This document shows positions 61,652 through 64,000 of a DNA stretch of 64,000 bases, in pieces. The first letter of the stretch is position 1; each line of letters begins with the position of its first letter. Under the pieces are notes generated by a model, which was given only the letters and a program-made list of their open reading frames with translations, was not told the origin of the DNA and did no database searches. The DNA lies in contig OZ024742.1 in assembly GCA_964016885.1 (NCBI GenBank), forward strand, positions 100,378,001 to 100,442,000, in the 5' to 3' direction. This DNA comes from Eledone cirrhosa (Eukaryota). A program made the position numbers and the translations under genes.

Positions 61652-62084
61652 ATTGCCAAAATCTGGGGTTTTTCCCCTTGTGAATTACACATGTGCTTTT
61701 ACGAAGCTTTGTGTCATTCACAAATTTGGTACAGAGCAAAATACCTGTTGATAACGTGGTATTCCTTGTTCGATCATTATACCTAAAGCTTAAAGTTTTA
61801 AGCAGACAGTATTATTGATTTAGGTGTCATAGAAACCCTGCATTTGGATTTTACCATCAATTCCAGGTCTGTTTTTTTATCATTTATTTTGTTTTGACCT
61901 GTTTAGCTTGATTTACTTTTCGGCTTAGGTGGTTGATGCTTTCTTGACCACTTTTTCAGTTTTGTATGGCGTTTTAACATATTGTTTAGCTCTGGGTGTT
62001 TAACTATGGAGCGCTTGCCAGCATAATTCTGATTTTTGCGTTTCGTTTGGCTTTTTCTACCCGCCGAAATGCGATTCTCGCTGA

Positions 62085-62153
<69 letters not shown>

Positions 62154-62470
62154 GTAATAATAATAAATTTGAAGACTAAAATCCAAAGAGGGCTCGATAA
62201 GGATAAATATATGTCAAATATATAAGAACCGTAGAGCAAATATTTATTAAAATAACAGATTAAAGTTTAAGCAAAGAATCGCTGCTTTCACCCTTAACGG
62301 GATCTTCTGAAACTAACAAAGTCAATCTGTAAACGCAGAAGTGGATATTTCAAAAAACGTTGCAACTGGAGAAAGACAGGAAGACGATACTTTGGTTCGT
62401 GGAAACGTTCCCTGGCAAAGAGCGGGGAAAAACGAATATAATACGTCATTAATAGGAGCGGTGAAAAACA

Positions 62471-62854
62471 ATTGTCTACAAATGTAAGGTTGAAACACCC
62501 ACGTCCCGTAGGGCCTACATAGGGTTAACCGCCAATAGATTCAAGCAGCGTCTTTACATGCATACCCATTCTTTTCGTTACCCTCTTAGAAGGAATATGA
62601 CGTCACTTTCAGCTTATATCTGGAGTCTAAAAGACAACCACACCCAATTTAAGTTACACTGGGAGATCCTAGCTAGGGCTAGATCGTATAACGGAAATAA
62701 AAGACCATGTGACCTCTGCGCCGCTGAGGCCCTGGAAATCCTCTACGCCACAGACCACATCTTAAACAAAAAATCTGAGGCAATTTCGGCTTGTAAACAT
62801 AAATTGCACAAAACTTTCCTGTATTACAGCCCCACATTATATCCTAACGGATAG
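62471..62854 (+). pseudogene. PLE GIY-YIG endonuclease C-terminal fragment
   Basis: In-frame translation IVYKCKVETPTSRRAYIGLTANRFKQRLYMH...LHWEIL...CDLCAAEALEI...ILNKKSE. It shows VY/YIG, Arg, Glu and LN motifs plus a CxxC. Upstream is truncated or frameshifted (in-frame TGA at 62462). Confidence 0.9.
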
Positions 62855-63792
62855 TACGATCTATACGTGGATTTTTTACGTCTTGATGTGGTAGCTAAGT
62901 ATATGTTTTGTTTATACCATTACTTATTTGCATAGGTAAGTATATATTACCTGTATGTTTTGTGTAGGTACGTATACTTTCTCATACGAATATTTGATTG
63001 ATTATGTTGTGGCGTATACACTTTTTATATTTTCTGGTACATATGGTTTGGTTATGTGTATACGGGAGTTTTGCGTCTGCGTGTGTATGCGGGTTCGTAC
63101 GTATGTAGGGTGTGTGTATATGTGTACTTCATGTTTTGGCTGACTTACGTCTTCGAACATTTGTGTATTTACATGTAGGTATGTGGGTGCGCTTGTTATA
63201 TAAGTATTTATTTATTTATATACGTTTATTTAATTATTTATTTGTATACACGCACACACACACACACACACATATTTATATGTGCGTGGTTTTGTATACC
63301 TATGGCAAGTGTTTTGCGTATGCTTATGTATGTACGTATTTGAATGTGTGTATGCATTTATCTAATTTCTATTACCTCTGTATTGTATTTATTTACTTTA
63401 TTCTTAACTCTGAAGCGGAGATTCATTCGGTTTCCTAGTTAAAATTTAGTCTACGTCTTCAGCTATACCATTTACGTGCTTTTGTCTTTGCGTGCAATTG
63501 TTCTCCACGCTCCACATATGACGTATTATCTTCGTTTTTTCCGTTCATTGCCAGATAACGTCTCTATGAACCACCTAAGAGAACATTAGTCTACGACTTC
63601 TTTTATACCATAAACGTGGTTCTGTCTTTGCGCGTAATTGTTCTCCACGCTCCACATATGACGTATTATATTCGTTTTTTCCCGTTCTTTGCCAGGGAAC
63701 GTTTCCACGAACCAAAGTATCGTCTTCCTGTCTTCCTCCGGTTGCAACGTTTTTTGAAATATCCACTTCTGCGTTTACAGATTGACTTTGTT

Positions 63793-63843
63793 AGTTTCAG
63801 AAGATCCCGTTAAGGGTGAAAGCAGCGATTCTTTGCTTAAACT
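63793..63843 (+). ncRNA. Hammerhead variant (CAGAAGA core); mirror copy at 62264-62314 on minus strand
   Basis: AGTTT CAGAAGA T CCC GTTAA GGG T GAAA GCA..TGC TT AAACT. Stems I, II and III all pair. Confidence 0.7.
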
Positions 63844-63859
63844 TTAATCTGTTATTTTA

Positions 63860-63946
<87 letters not shown>

Positions 63947-64000
63947 ACTCTCCCGTCGATATCCGACGTATGAGTGTCCAACAAAAGTTGATGTGAGAAA

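Larger units (their letters stand above)
62152..63868 (+). mobile_element. 5'-truncated Penelope-like retroelement with inverted pLTR, inserted in (TA)n
   Basis: 62239-62449 is the reverse complement of about 63658-63868. The GIY-YIG endonuclease frame lies between the arms, there is an HHR in each arm, and (TA)n flanks both sides. A short sibling is at 14995-15200. Confidence 0.9.

Noticed and set aside
62462-62464. In-frame TGA before the GIY-YIG as a selenocysteine codon
   Set aside because: TAA and TAG lie just upstream in the same frame. Truncation or a frameshift explains it, and no SECIS was identified.

Overview
AT-rich, non-coding eukaryotic DNA with no recognisable host exon. The SINE families and dense (TA)n/(TG)n/(TACA)n microsatellites suggest a cephalopod such as Octopus (inference). 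Almost all listed ORFs are microsatellite translations. The dominant signal is a set of about 20 short insertions sitting inside (TA)n tracts. Most have fold-back (inverted-arm) structure and carry a type I hammerhead ribozyme (HHR) motif, usually with a palindromic minimal stem III. One (62152-63868) keeps a Penelope-like GIY-YIG endonuclease, which links the set to TA-targeting Penelope-like retroelements (PLEs). Three families carry the compensatory U3-A8 core. Two unrelated HHR units lie behind a near-identically spaced octamer/PSE-like/TATA module resembling an snRNA-type promoter. Also present: a Helitron inserted in the middle of one ribozyme, tRNA-derived SINEs, RTE and CR1/L2 LINE relics, mariner and hAT relics, several MITEs and a 37-bp minisatellite. 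All alignments and folds were done by eye, so boundaries are approximate.
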